NCBI GenBank assembly: GCA_017466825.1
Contig: JAFTTJ010000006.1
Coordinates: 33,368-97,367 of the forward strand
DNA length: 64,000 nucleotides
Reading direction: 5' to 3'
Origin: Clostridia bacterium
GTDB taxonomy: Bacteria; Bacillota; Clostridia; Christensenellales; Borkfalkiaceae
A model generated the notes under the pieces. The model saw nothing but the letters and a program-made list of their open reading frames with translations. It did not search any database and was not told the origin of the DNA. How positions within the stretch are numbered: position 1 is the first letter of the stretch; every line of letters begins with the position of its first letter. A program made the position numbers and the translations under genes. Positions 51,383 through 60,717 of the stretch are shown in pieces.

Positions 51383-53821
51383 ATGAAAAAGAAAATACTT
51401 ATTGCTATTTTGACGGCATTATGTATCGTTGCTTCTGCTTTTGGCTTTACTTCTGCTTATGCAAGTGGCGAAAAGTACGACGGCGAAACTAACCTTGCCA
51501 TTGATTCCAGTCTTTGGACGCCAAGTTGGTTTACCAGTCATTACGGATTCGTAACGATGGACGAAAACGGAATCTTATTCGATTCGTATGGTACGGATAC
51601 TGCAGTTGGCGCTGTTGCTTTAAAGGACGCTCTTCCTTACGAAGGCAAGATAAGCATCACTTTCAATTCTGAAAACGCTAATGCAAACGGCTTTTTGAAA
51701 GTTGTATTTGCCGACGCTTCAGGCACTGCTGACGGTGGCGCAATGAAGTTCTGGGAAATCGCTCAAGGCGCAGAGCACCTTGCACTTGAAATTCAAACTA
51801 ATTCGGTTTGCGCTTGGCAATATCAAATAGGCGGAGCATCGTCAGGCGTACACAATCAATTGGTTGTTGCCGAAGCTACCACTAACTATATTGACGGAAA
51901 AGATCACGTTATAACTATTGAATATAAGACGAGCGAAACCGCATACGATCTTAAGCTTTCTATCGACGAAACCGTACACTATGACGGTTCTATTGCAAGC
52001 ACTTCTTTGTACTGCGGAAGCGTTTTAACTTTAGGTGGATATGGCAACTCAACCGTTACCGATAATCTCCATATTGAGTCTGTTACCGTTAAGCAAGAAG
52101 GCGAAGCTCCCGCTCCCGTTATCGACGAAGATAACCTTTTAGGTAAAGCAGACCTTTGGGAAGTTGCTGAAGCTGACGGCGTTACTTACGATGCAACTAC
52201 CGCTACTTTAAACGTAGGCGCAAACGGCGGCGCTGCCGCAACTTTAATTGACGGCGTTCCCGCAGAGGCAAAAATCACTTTCAAAGTAGAGTTGAAGGAT
52301 GTTCCCGATCCCGCTGAAGCTATTCATAGACCTATTTTAAAGGTTAGAATTATCGATATTCCTACCGCAAGCGTTTATTTAAGTTTAGACGACGACGGTA
52401 ACGCTTGGTTACAACACGACGATAAAAACGGAAAGATAACTGCTCAAGGTGACTGGGCTCCCGCTATGTTAGCTGCGGCAAGCGACGTTGTTATCACCAT
52501 TACCCCTGAACTTACCGACGGTGACGAAGGCGTTTACGTCGAAGCTTTAGTCGGCGGAAAGGTTATCGGTCTTATGGTAAACGACGTTAACGTCGTTGCT
52601 AAAAACCAATTAGAGTTTGGTTTTGGCGAAACGTGCTCAGCGGTTATTACAAGCGTTAAGGTTGAAGATTTACTCGTAGAAAAAGAAGGTGCGGCTATGG
52701 ATACCACCGACCTTTTAGCAAGCGCGTCTAACTGGAGCTGCGTTTCTTCAACAATCGAAAGCGATAAAATTAAACTTGGTGGTCAAGATTACCTTGACGG
52801 TCAAGTTGCCATCCCCGTTGACAGCGTAGTAGAATTCACTATTAACGGAACGGCTGACGCAAACGCTTGGTATTATTTAGGTTTTGGTAACTTCCATTCG
52901 CAATTATGGGATGGATTAACCTTTGCTGAAGGTCAAGCAAGATTCAGAATAACTACTACCGGAACGTCGGAGTATTACGTTGTAGATATGAACTATACTA
53001 CTATTGCTAAAACGACTCCTGACGTAACTAAAATTTTCGACGGAACAGACCAACACTTCAAGTGGGTTACCGAAAGTCTTGAAGAAGGATTAAAGATTAC
53101 TTTATTCCGCAACGACGTTGAAGAATTTTCACAAGTTTACGCATACGATACGGCAATGGGCGCATCTGAAGAATTCTATCTTATGTTTAGAGCAACCGGC
53201 GCTCACAACGTAGATCCTATCATTAGTAACGTTAAATATAGCGTAGAAAGCACCATTGATTACACCGCTTACAATGAAGCAGTTGCAATTAAGAGAGCAA
53301 TTTACGGTTTAGAAGTTCCTACCGAAGAAAACGCTGCAGACGTTAAGGCTCAAGCTGAAGCGCTTATTGCTGACCTTGACAACGAGTTCGTTGACAACGT
53401 TTTATACGCTGAACACATTATCGCGCTTGCAAACGCTCAACTCGTAATCGTTGCAGATAAGGCAGCGGCAAAGCCCGTTATCGACTTTATCGACGGATTG
53501 GCAGAAACCTACGCAACTATTACTGCAGACAACGTAGAACAAGCAGAAATCGACTTGGTTGACGCTCAAGATATGATAGACGCGCTTACCGACGCTCAAA
53601 AGGCTTACGTAGACGTTCAAAAACTTGAAGATATCCAAATTGCTATCGACGAATATAAACTTACACTTCAACCGTCAGAGTCTACGCCAGAGTCTACGCC
53701 AGAATCTACGCCAGAAAGCAAACCCGCTAAAAAAGGTTGTACGGGCGCAGTAGGTCTTCCCGCTGTGTTCTCTTTACTCGCTTTAGTAGGCGCAGTAGCG
53801 TTATTTAGAAAGAAAGACTAA
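51383..53821 (+). CDS. large secreted surface protein (812 aa) with C-terminal Cys-motif/TM anchor
   Basis: Signal peptide, jelly-roll-like N-terminal module related to that of the 59413 product, a (PEST)n linker, then KKGCTGAVG plus a TM helix plus RKKD. Confidence 0.55.
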   Translation: MKKKILIAILTALCIVASAFGFTSAYASGEKYDGETNLAIDSSLWTPSWFTSHYGFVTMDENGILFDSYGTDTAVGAVALKDALPYEGKISITFNSENANANGFLKVVFADASGTADGGAMKFWEIAQGAEHLALEIQTNSVCAWQYQIGGASSGVHNQLVVAEATTNYIDGKDHVITIEYKTSETAYDLKLSIDETVHYDGSIASTSLYCGSVLTLGGYGNSTVTDNLHIESVTVKQEGEAPAPVIDEDNLLGKADLWEVAEADGVTYDATTATLNVGANGGAAATLIDGVPAEAKITFKVELKDVPDPAEAIHRPILKVRIIDIPTASVYLSLDDDGNAWLQHDDKNGKITAQGDWAPAMLAAASDVVITITPELTDGDEGVYVEALVGGKVIGLMVNDVNVVAKNQLEFGFGETCSAVITSVKVEDLLVEKEGAAMDTTDLLASASNWSCVSSTIESDKIKLGGQDYLDGQVAIPVDSVVEFTINGTADANAWYYLGFGNFHSQLWDGLTFAEGQARFRITTTGTSEYYVVDMNYTTIAKTTPDVTKIFDGTDQHFKWVTESLEEGLKITLFRNDVEEFSQVYAYDTAMGASEEFYLMFRATGAHNVDPIISNVKYSVESTIDYTAYNEAVAIKRAIYGLEVPTEENAADVKAQAEALIADLDNEFVDNVLYAEHIIALANAQLVIVADKAAAKPVIDFIDGLAETYATITADNVEQAEIDLVDAQDMIDALTDAQKAYVDVQKLEDIQIAIDEYKLTLQPSESTPESTPESTPESKPAKKGCTGAVGLPAVFSLLALVGAVALFRKKD

Positions 53822-53910
53822 TACAATCTTAAAACGGTTTAACTAAAACTAAAAACGCCCCGTTAATTCGGGGCGTTATTTTTTTGCTTTTATTAGAACG
53901 GCGCAACTAA

Positions 53911-54834
53911 TCACTCTTGTTGTTTTTTCTTTTCTAAATGGGCGTTTCTGTATTCGGTAGGCGAAACGCCGTATTTGTTTTTAAACGCGCGTGAAAAAAC
54001 GTAAATAGTAGAGTAGTTGAGTTTCGTCGCAATTTCGGTGATGGGTAAACTCTCGCCTTCGAGTAGGTTTCTAGCCATATTTAACTTTTTATCGTTAAAA
54101 TATTGAGAGATTGACGTTTGCATACATTTTTTAAAACAACGCGAAAGATAAGAATAATTGTAGTTAAAAACTTCGGCTAGACAGGACGTGTCGTCCATTG
54201 TGGTGAGATTTATGTCAATATAATTTGCAATGTTAAAGGTGAGCAACTGAAAATTATTTACTTTTGGCGGATGGTATTCTTGATTTGACGATTGCGCCCT
54301 ATGCGCTACGCGTATGATTAAGGTTAAAAGTTCGTATTCAAGTAGTTTTGTCATGAGTGGCGCAGTCATGGTGTTTATGTAGTGTAATGCGTTGGAAAAG
54401 TACTTTTCATAGTGTGGGGAATGCAAAACTCTCGATTTTGGATGTCTAAACTTTTCCCAAGACTCTACAACTTCTGCAAATCGCTCTTTGTCGGTAAAAT
54501 TAAAAGCAAAAAAGCAGTAGCGCAAAGGGTTTATGTTGTCGCTAACTATTTTATGTATTTCTCTAGGGAAAGAAACGTAAACGTCACCTTCGTTAACTTG
54601 AAGAGAAACGTCGTTGGTATAAATCGTGCCTGATCCTTGAAAAACGTAGGTTAATTCAAACCAATCCAAATGAACGTGTGGCTCGACTACGGTCGTAGAG
54701 TCGCACAACATTTCACCAAGTTGATATAACACTAAATCCCCTAAAGTTTTAGGGTCAGTTGTAAAGTTGTTGTCAAAATGATATTTCGTTCTCATAGAGT
54801 ACCTATTGGGGGTTGATGATAAAAATAATAACAT
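53911..54834 (-). CDS. AraC-family transcriptional regulator (cupin plus double HTH)
   Basis: C-terminal IATKLNYSTIYVFSRAFKNKYGVSPTEYR. The start is uncertain (ATG at 54834 or 54795) and neither has a clear RBS. Confidence 0.75.
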   Translation of the reverse strand: MLLFLSSTPNRYSMRTKYHFDNNFTTDPKTLGDLVLYQLGEMLCDSTTVVEPHVHLDWFELTYVFQGSGTIYTNDVSLQVNEGDVYVSFPREIHKIVSDNINPLRYCFFAFNFTDKERFAEVVESWEKFRHPKSRVLHSPHYEKYFSNALHYINTMTAPLMTKLLEYELLTLIIRVAHRAQSSNQEYHPPKVNNFQLLTFNIANYIDINLTTMDDTSCLAEVFNYNYSYLSRCFKKCMQTSISQYFNDKKLNMARNLLEGESLPITEIATKLNYSTIYVFSRAFKNKYGVSPTEYRNAHLEKKKQQE

Positions 54835-55040
54835 AAAATCAGCCGTATGTCAAGTGCTCTTTAAAAAGTCACAAAATGCAAAATTTTAAAGGTTTTCTCT
54901 AAAAAAACACAGCAAATGTCAAAAAGTGTTAAATAAATAGTATTGTAATACTATTCGTTTTAAACCTAGTTTAATGTATAATATACTCATACTGAATTAC
55001 CATGTAGATTTATTTCACAAATTACGATAGGAGGCTTTGC

Positions 55041-56840
55041 GTGAAATTAAAGAGCATAATAAAAACAATCGTAATAATGACTATCGCCCTAGCAATTTTA
55101 ACGATGACGGGATGTATAAACGTGCACACCACGTTTGAAAAAGACGGCTCGGGCGAGTGTACCGTCGTTATCCAAAAACAGGAAGGGGTAGACAAATCTG
55201 CCATAGAAAAAAACCTTGAAAAAATCTGTTCGGGTGTGGCAACGCAGTCGCAAAGAGAAAGGTTAGAAATCAAATCTTTAGAAGAAAAAGGCGACTCATT
55301 CGTTGCCGTAATAAAATTTAAACCTATTGCAGACACCAAAGGTCTAGGTAGTTTTTCTTTTGAAACGGGCACTAGTTTCGGCACTCAACTCGTTCAACGC
55401 AATCTTTTTTCGCAACTATCAAAAGGCGTTATACCAACTAGAAATTTAGTAAATTACAACAACAGTACTTTTAAGATAAGTGAAAAGGTTGCAGTAAACC
55501 CCAAGACCACGTCTGGCGAAGAAATATTAGCCGACGACTTTAAATCAAACACCAACGCATATTATACCGAAGAAAATTACTTTTTTACTTTTGTAATTTG
55601 CGGTATTGAAAACGTAACGTCTTTAACGTTTGAATTTCCCGGCGAAATACTTGTTTATAGCGATTTTAACGCGACGATTGACGGAAACAAACTTACAGTC
55701 CTTCCTCAAAAGGTCACTGCTCAAGAAACGGGTATAAAAAACGGCGAGCCGTTTATACAGGTCGGTGAGTACAGCGCTTTCATAGGCTACGTTGTATTTA
55801 AGCCTTCATTTGATTTTACGCCTTATATCATAATCGGCGCAATTGTACTTATAGTCGGCGCTCTTATAACCTTAGGTTTTACGACAGGGGCGTTTAAAAA
55901 ATTCTTCAAGAGTAAAACTTGGGGAAAAATGGTCAAGAATAAGGTATTATATCTGTTCGTTCTTCCTGGGCTTATAATTTTTGCGCTATTTAACTACGCG
56001 CCTATGGTGGGTATTATAGTAGCCTTTAAAAATTATACGGTTGACGGTGGCATTTTTGGTAGCGAATGGGCAAACAATTTTGGGTTTGAGCATTTCATAA
56101 CCTTATTTACTCACCCGGGTTCGGAATTCGGTATGATTTTAAGAAACACCGTTTTAATGGCTATTTTAAAATTCGTTGTATGTTTCCCCGCTGCTATAAT
56201 ATTAGCGCTTATGTTCAACGCTTTAAAAAACGGTTTTTTCAAAAAGGCGGTACAAACGATTTCCTACTTGCCCTACTTTGTATCGTGGGTAGTAGTTTCA
56301 AACATAGTATATCTTCTTTTAACGTCAAACGGCGGTATTATCAATCAGGTAATAGTGGCGTTTGGTGGAGAAAAGATTAGGTTTTATAGCGAACCACAAT
56401 ATTGGTGGGGTATAATCACGATTACTTCGCTTTGGAAATCCGTTGGATGGGGAACTATAGTTTATCTTGCGGCGATAACCGCAATAAATCCCGACCTTTA
56501 CGAAGCGGCGTCGATAGACGGCGCAACCCCGTGGCGACAGTTGTGGACGGTAACCTTGCCGGGTATGATGCCCGTTATAGGTATACAACTTATACTCAAC
56601 GCCGGCAATTTGATAAAAGACGATTTCGATCAAATCTTTTCACTCGTTGGAGAATCGAACTATGAGCTTAGAGAAGTAACCGAAGTCTTCAGCAGTTTAG
56701 TTTATAGAAATTTGCAAGGAGGTCCAAAGGGTTTCAGTTCGTCGACGGCAATATCCTTAGTTCAAAGTATAATTTCGCTCGGATTGGTAGTTGGAGCAGA
56801 CGTTATAGTCCGCAAAACCGACAACCCCGGATTATGGTGA
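55041..56840 (+). CDS. carbohydrate ABC transporter permease (LplB-like) fused to a ~290-aa N-terminal lipoprotein-like extracytoplasmic domain
   Basis: GTG start after AGGAGG. Lipobox LTMTGC. After the extra domain and one TM segment, the sequence from VLYLFVLPGLIIFALFNYAPM onward is a typical LplB/MsmF-type permease. Confidence 0.65.
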   Translation: MKLKSIIKTIVIMTIALAILTMTGCINVHTTFEKDGSGECTVVIQKQEGVDKSAIEKNLEKICSGVATQSQRERLEIKSLEEKGDSFVAVIKFKPIADTKGLGSFSFETGTSFGTQLVQRNLFSQLSKGVIPTRNLVNYNNSTFKISEKVAVNPKTTSGEEILADDFKSNTNAYYTEENYFFTFVICGIENVTSLTFEFPGEILVYSDFNATIDGNKLTVLPQKVTAQETGIKNGEPFIQVGEYSAFIGYVVFKPSFDFTPYIIIGAIVLIVGALITLGFTTGAFKKFFKSKTWGKMVKNKVLYLFVLPGLIIFALFNYAPMVGIIVAFKNYTVDGGIFGSEWANNFGFEHFITLFTHPGSEFGMILRNTVLMAILKFVVCFPAAIILALMFNALKNGFFKKAVQTISYLPYFVSWVVVSNIVYLLLTSNGGIINQVIVAFGGEKIRFYSEPQYWWGIITITSLWKSVGWGTIVYLAAITAINPDLYEAASIDGATPWRQLWTVTLPGMMPVIGIQLILNAGNLIKDDFDQIFSLVGESNYELREVTEVFSSLVYRNLQGGPKGFSSSTAISLVQSIISLGLVVGADVIVRKTDNPGLW

Positions 56841-56844
56841 TATC

Positions 56845-57708
56845 ATGGTAAAGTCAAAATCTGCAAGAGTTGCTAACGTCTTAAATATTGCCGTAATATC
56901 TTTGCTTACGCTAACCTTTATAATTCCAGTAATACTCATACTTTCGGCATCCGTATCGACGGCAAATTCGTTTGCTCAGTACGGGTATACTTTAATCCCA
57001 CAAGAAATCGACTTTTTTGCGTATCAATACGTATTGTTTTCTAACTCATTATTCGTAAGGGCTTTAGGCAACTCTATTTTCGTAACGGTAGTCGGAACTT
57101 TAATGATGGTTGCAAACTGCGCTCTATACGCGTTTGCGCTCGTTCAAAAAGACTTCGTGGGTAAAAAACTTTGTTCAATAATAGCCATTTTTACTATGCT
57201 TTTTGCAGGCGGAACAATTCCTTACTATCTCGTAGTAACGGGGCTTGGACTTGAAAACTCGCTTTGGTCGATTATTTTACCCGGCTCGATAAGCGCGTGG
57301 AATATCTTACTTATGCGAAACTTCTTTAACAATATTCCCCCGTCGCTTACCGAAGCGGCAGGGCTTGACGGAGCGTCGCACGTTCAAGTTCTTGTAAAAG
57401 TCGTATTGCCTACGAGTTTCCCCGTAATTGCTACTGTAATTCTTTTTACGGCAGTAGGTTTTTGGAACAACTGGTTTGGACCTTTGCTTTTCATTGATAA
57501 AAACCATAGAGAAATCGCGCCTATTCAGTCAATCCTTCGTGAAGTCGTTCAAGACGCGTCGGCTATAGTTGGGCAAAATACCGATCTTCCTACTGAAGCA
57601 ATCAAAAACGCAACCGTAGTAGTTGCAACCTTGCCAATAGTTATCGTTTACCCCGTTCTTCAAAAGTATTTCATAAATGGGGTAATCTTGGGTTCGGTAA
57701 AAGAATAG
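56845..57708 (+). CDS. carbohydrate ABC transporter permease (LplC-like)
   Basis: Six TM segments and the EAA-type loop LTEAAGLDGASHVQVLVKVVLP. Confidence 0.8.
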   Translation: MVKSKSARVANVLNIAVISLLTLTFIIPVILILSASVSTANSFAQYGYTLIPQEIDFFAYQYVLFSNSLFVRALGNSIFVTVVGTLMMVANCALYAFALVQKDFVGKKLCSIIAIFTMLFAGGTIPYYLVVTGLGLENSLWSIILPGSISAWNILLMRNFFNNIPPSLTEAAGLDGASHVQVLVKVVLPTSFPVIATVILFTAVGFWNNWFGPLLFIDKNHREIAPIQSILREVVQDASAIVGQNTDLPTEAIKNATVVVATLPIVIVYPVLQKYFINGVILGSVKE

Positions 57709-57757
57709 TTTTTAAAATCTTAAAATCACTAATATGCAAAAAAAGAAGGAGGAAATT

Positions 57758-59398
57758 ATGAGAAAACTTTTAATTTTAATCTTAACTCTCATTATGGCGT
57801 TGTCTGCAGTTGCTTGCGGTGAAGAATCCGTTCAATCGGGAAGTTCTGACTCCGCTGGTGGCGACGACACCGTACACACCGTAACTATTTACGTTTCGTC
57901 AGGCGAAATGTCTGCTAAAAACGACGACGCTTACGTAAAATCTAAAATTGAAGAAAAGTTCTATCAAGATAGGGGCATAAAAATCAATTTAGACGTTCAA
58001 GTTTATAGCGAAAGCGACTTCAACGACGTTATGTCTAACAAAATGGCTTCAAACAGTTGGGACGCTGCCGTTGGTTATATTGGGCAAGCGGGCATTGACG
58101 AAATCGTTATAAGTCAAAACGTATGTATGGAACTTAGCGACATGATTCCCCTTTACGATAATTTATATTCTCTCGTTCAAGACGAACTCACCGCAACGAC
58201 GACTATCGACGGTTCAGTTTGGGGTATTCCTTCGTTAGAATTTTCTAATCAATACGGCGTATTGGTTAGAACTGACTATATGGCAAGAGTAGGATATACC
58301 GTAGAAGCAGGTCACAGCGACGATTTAGGTCCTATTGACGCAAAGCCCAATGGTAAATTAAAAACTCTTGTAACAATCGCAGATTTTGAAGATATGATGT
58401 ATAGAATGAAGGCTCAAATTCCCGAGATTACCGCACCCCTTAGCGGATATCCTTGGGACGTTGAATCTACTCTCACCGTAGGTCCATTCTCAAACAGCGG
58501 TTACACTTTCAAAGTCGTTGAATCGACGGGCGATAGCGGAGCGGCAACTTCGGTCGTTCCCGGTCAAATAGCCGAAAGTTATTACGAAACTATTTGCCTT
58601 GAATACAAATGGTCGCACGACGGTCTTTGGGAAGAAGAATGTTATACCGGTCAAAAGGACAAAAAGATACAGTCGTTTGTAAATGGTAAAACTGCTATTT
58701 TTACCGTTGACCCCGAAATAACTAAACTCATCTCGGTTGCAAGAAAGTGCAAGGCTGCAAACCCCAACGCAACCTTTACCATTTTAGAACCTTTGTACGG
58801 CGTTGACGAAAACGGAAACAAGACCGACAAACGCGGTTATATGGCAAAGCAAAAGGCAAGCAGTTGTTTAGTAATCAACAAGAGATCTAGTAAAAACGAA
58901 GTTATTTTAGAATATCTCGATTGGCTTGCAAGTGAAAAGGCAAACTACGACCTTGCAACATACGGCGTTGAAAACGAACATTGGATCAGTTCGGGTGAAG
59001 GTAAGTACGTTTACCCTGCAAATAAAAAGGATAGATACGAAACAAATCCCCCGTATTCGGGTATGTACGGGCTTTTAAAATGGCAAGAGTATTCGTATAA
59101 ACTTTACGATCATTATACTGCGGAAGAATACGGTTGGATTGATACCGTAAGAAACGCGCCCACCTTTAAAAACGTTTGCGAAAATATGCTCTTTATAGGA
59201 GAGCCTACCGATATGGCGCTTAATCACCAAACTGCTGAAAACGACTTTTTCCAAGACTGTTTAGTTAAAGCGTGGAACGGCGTAGTAGATCCGTCAACCA
59301 CTTTCATTGCGCAAGCGCAAAGGTATAGGACTACGGCTGCTGAATATTTGACTTGGCTTACAAATCAATATAACTTATACACAATTTCAAGAAAGTGA
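57758..59398 (+). CDS. extracellular solute-binding lipoprotein (LplA-like, large family-1 SBP)
   Basis: Lipobox LSAVAC. About 545 aa, the size and position typical of LplA-type binding proteins. The ATG at 57758 follows GAAGGAGG. Confidence 0.7.
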   Translation: MRKLLILILTLIMALSAVACGEESVQSGSSDSAGGDDTVHTVTIYVSSGEMSAKNDDAYVKSKIEEKFYQDRGIKINLDVQVYSESDFNDVMSNKMASNSWDAAVGYIGQAGIDEIVISQNVCMELSDMIPLYDNLYSLVQDELTATTTIDGSVWGIPSLEFSNQYGVLVRTDYMARVGYTVEAGHSDDLGPIDAKPNGKLKTLVTIADFEDMMYRMKAQIPEITAPLSGYPWDVESTLTVGPFSNSGYTFKVVESTGDSGAATSVVPGQIAESYYETICLEYKWSHDGLWEEECYTGQKDKKIQSFVNGKTAIFTVDPEITKLISVARKCKAANPNATFTILEPLYGVDENGNKTDKRGYMAKQKASSCLVINKRSSKNEVILEYLDWLASEKANYDLATYGVENEHWISSGEGKYVYPANKKDRYETNPPYSGMYGLLKWQEYSYKLYDHYTAEEYGWIDTVRNAPTFKNVCENMLFIGEPTDMALNHQTAENDFFQDCLVKAWNGVVDPSTTFIAQAQRYRTTAAEYLTWLTNQYNLYTISRK

Positions 59399-59412
59399 TA
59401 AAGGAGAAATAA

Positions 59413-60717
59413 ATGAAGAAGATTTTAAGTTTAGTTACAGTCTTTGCATTGCTTTTCGGTTTAACTTTGAGCGTTTTTAGACCTGTAAATACCGTCCGTG
59501 CGGACGAGTATACGGTTGAATGCTCGGATGAAGAAAACCTTGCTATCAACAAGCACAACTGGTTTTTCCCTACTTTAAACTCGGCGCAATTTACGGTTGA
59601 CGAAACGTCTGGTATGAAGTTTGACAACTTTATTAAAGACCAACAATGCGTTACCTATTTTAGGGGTGGCAATTTTAGCGAATTTAAACTTTCTCTTTTG
59701 GTAAACGCCAACCTTAATATCCCCGAAAAGGGCGCTCAATGGAAGTATTCTGAAGCGTATATAACCTTCCTTATCGACCGTGCTCCCGAAGACGCTTTGG
59801 CAGAGGACGGCAAACCTTGGTATGCAAACAAGGTATACGGTTCGTTCTGCTTTGGTCTTACTTCGGGTGGATTGCCCATTTCAAGATTTATGTATTACAA
59901 CGCCTTTGCAAGCAACTGCCAAACGTCTGGTCAATTTTATCAACCTTCTGGCTATACCGACGTAAACGTAGTTGACGGCAAAGACCATTGGATTGAAATT
60001 GAAATCAAAAACTATAATAACGATGGCGTAACGGGTAAAAAGTGGATTGCTTATATCGATGGCGTTAAAGTTGCCGAATTTGACCGTGACGACGACTATT
60101 ATTACGATTCTGATACGGCAAGAGAATACGAAGTAAAATATTCCGAACTTTCGGGCGGTATCGGTATTTATACCAATTCCGACTGGCCGGGCGGATACGC
60201 TCCTTCAAGAATGAACAACTTCCTTGAAGTAAAAAAGGCAAAACTCATTTCTTACGACGATAACCCCGAAGGTGAAGTAGTAGGTCAATGCGCAGCGCCC
60301 GTATTCAAAATTACGGCAAACGAATATCAAGTAGCGCCTTCTTATGATGCAGGCGACCCCGTCGAAATTCAACTCTCTGACCTTTTTGTCTACGAAGGAA
60401 CGGACGAGGTGACTTATGAAGTTACTTGTAACGGTGAACCTATCGGTGAAATTATTAACGGTTTCTGGGCTTGGATTCCTACTACTGAAGGTTCTTACGA
60501 TATTGACTTTACCGCAACGGTAAGTGAAGACAACCTAGCAAAGAATTATCTTACCATAAGAGTAAACGGTAGCGTTGAGCCTGAAAGTTCTACTAATACC
60601 GAAAGCAACGCTGAATCCGTTGCAGAAGGTTGCGGTGGTTCTATTGCAACAACTTTCTTTCCCATTGCTTTACTTGCTGGCGTAGTCTTAATTATTAAAA
60701 GGAGAAATAATGAATAA
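59413..60717 (+). CDS. secreted protein with jelly-roll-like domain and C-terminal Cys-motif/TM anchor
   Basis: Signal peptide. The N-terminal module is related to that of the 51383 product (NLAI...W ... DGKDH.I.IE). C-terminus EGCGGSIAT plus a TM helix plus KRRNNE. Confidence 0.55.
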   Translation: MKKILSLVTVFALLFGLTLSVFRPVNTVRADEYTVECSDEENLAINKHNWFFPTLNSAQFTVDETSGMKFDNFIKDQQCVTYFRGGNFSEFKLSLLVNANLNIPEKGAQWKYSEAYITFLIDRAPEDALAEDGKPWYANKVYGSFCFGLTSGGLPISRFMYYNAFASNCQTSGQFYQPSGYTDVNVVDGKDHWIEIEIKNYNNDGVTGKKWIAYIDGVKVAEFDRDDDYYYDSDTAREYEVKYSELSGGIGIYTNSDWPGGYAPSRMNNFLEVKKAKLISYDDNPEGEVVGQCAAPVFKITANEYQVAPSYDAGDPVEIQLSDLFVYEGTDEVTYEVTCNGEPIGEIINGFWAWIPTTEGSYDIDFTATVSEDNLAKNYLTIRVNGSVEPESSTNTESNAESVAEGCGGSIATTFFPIALLAGVVLIIKRRNNE

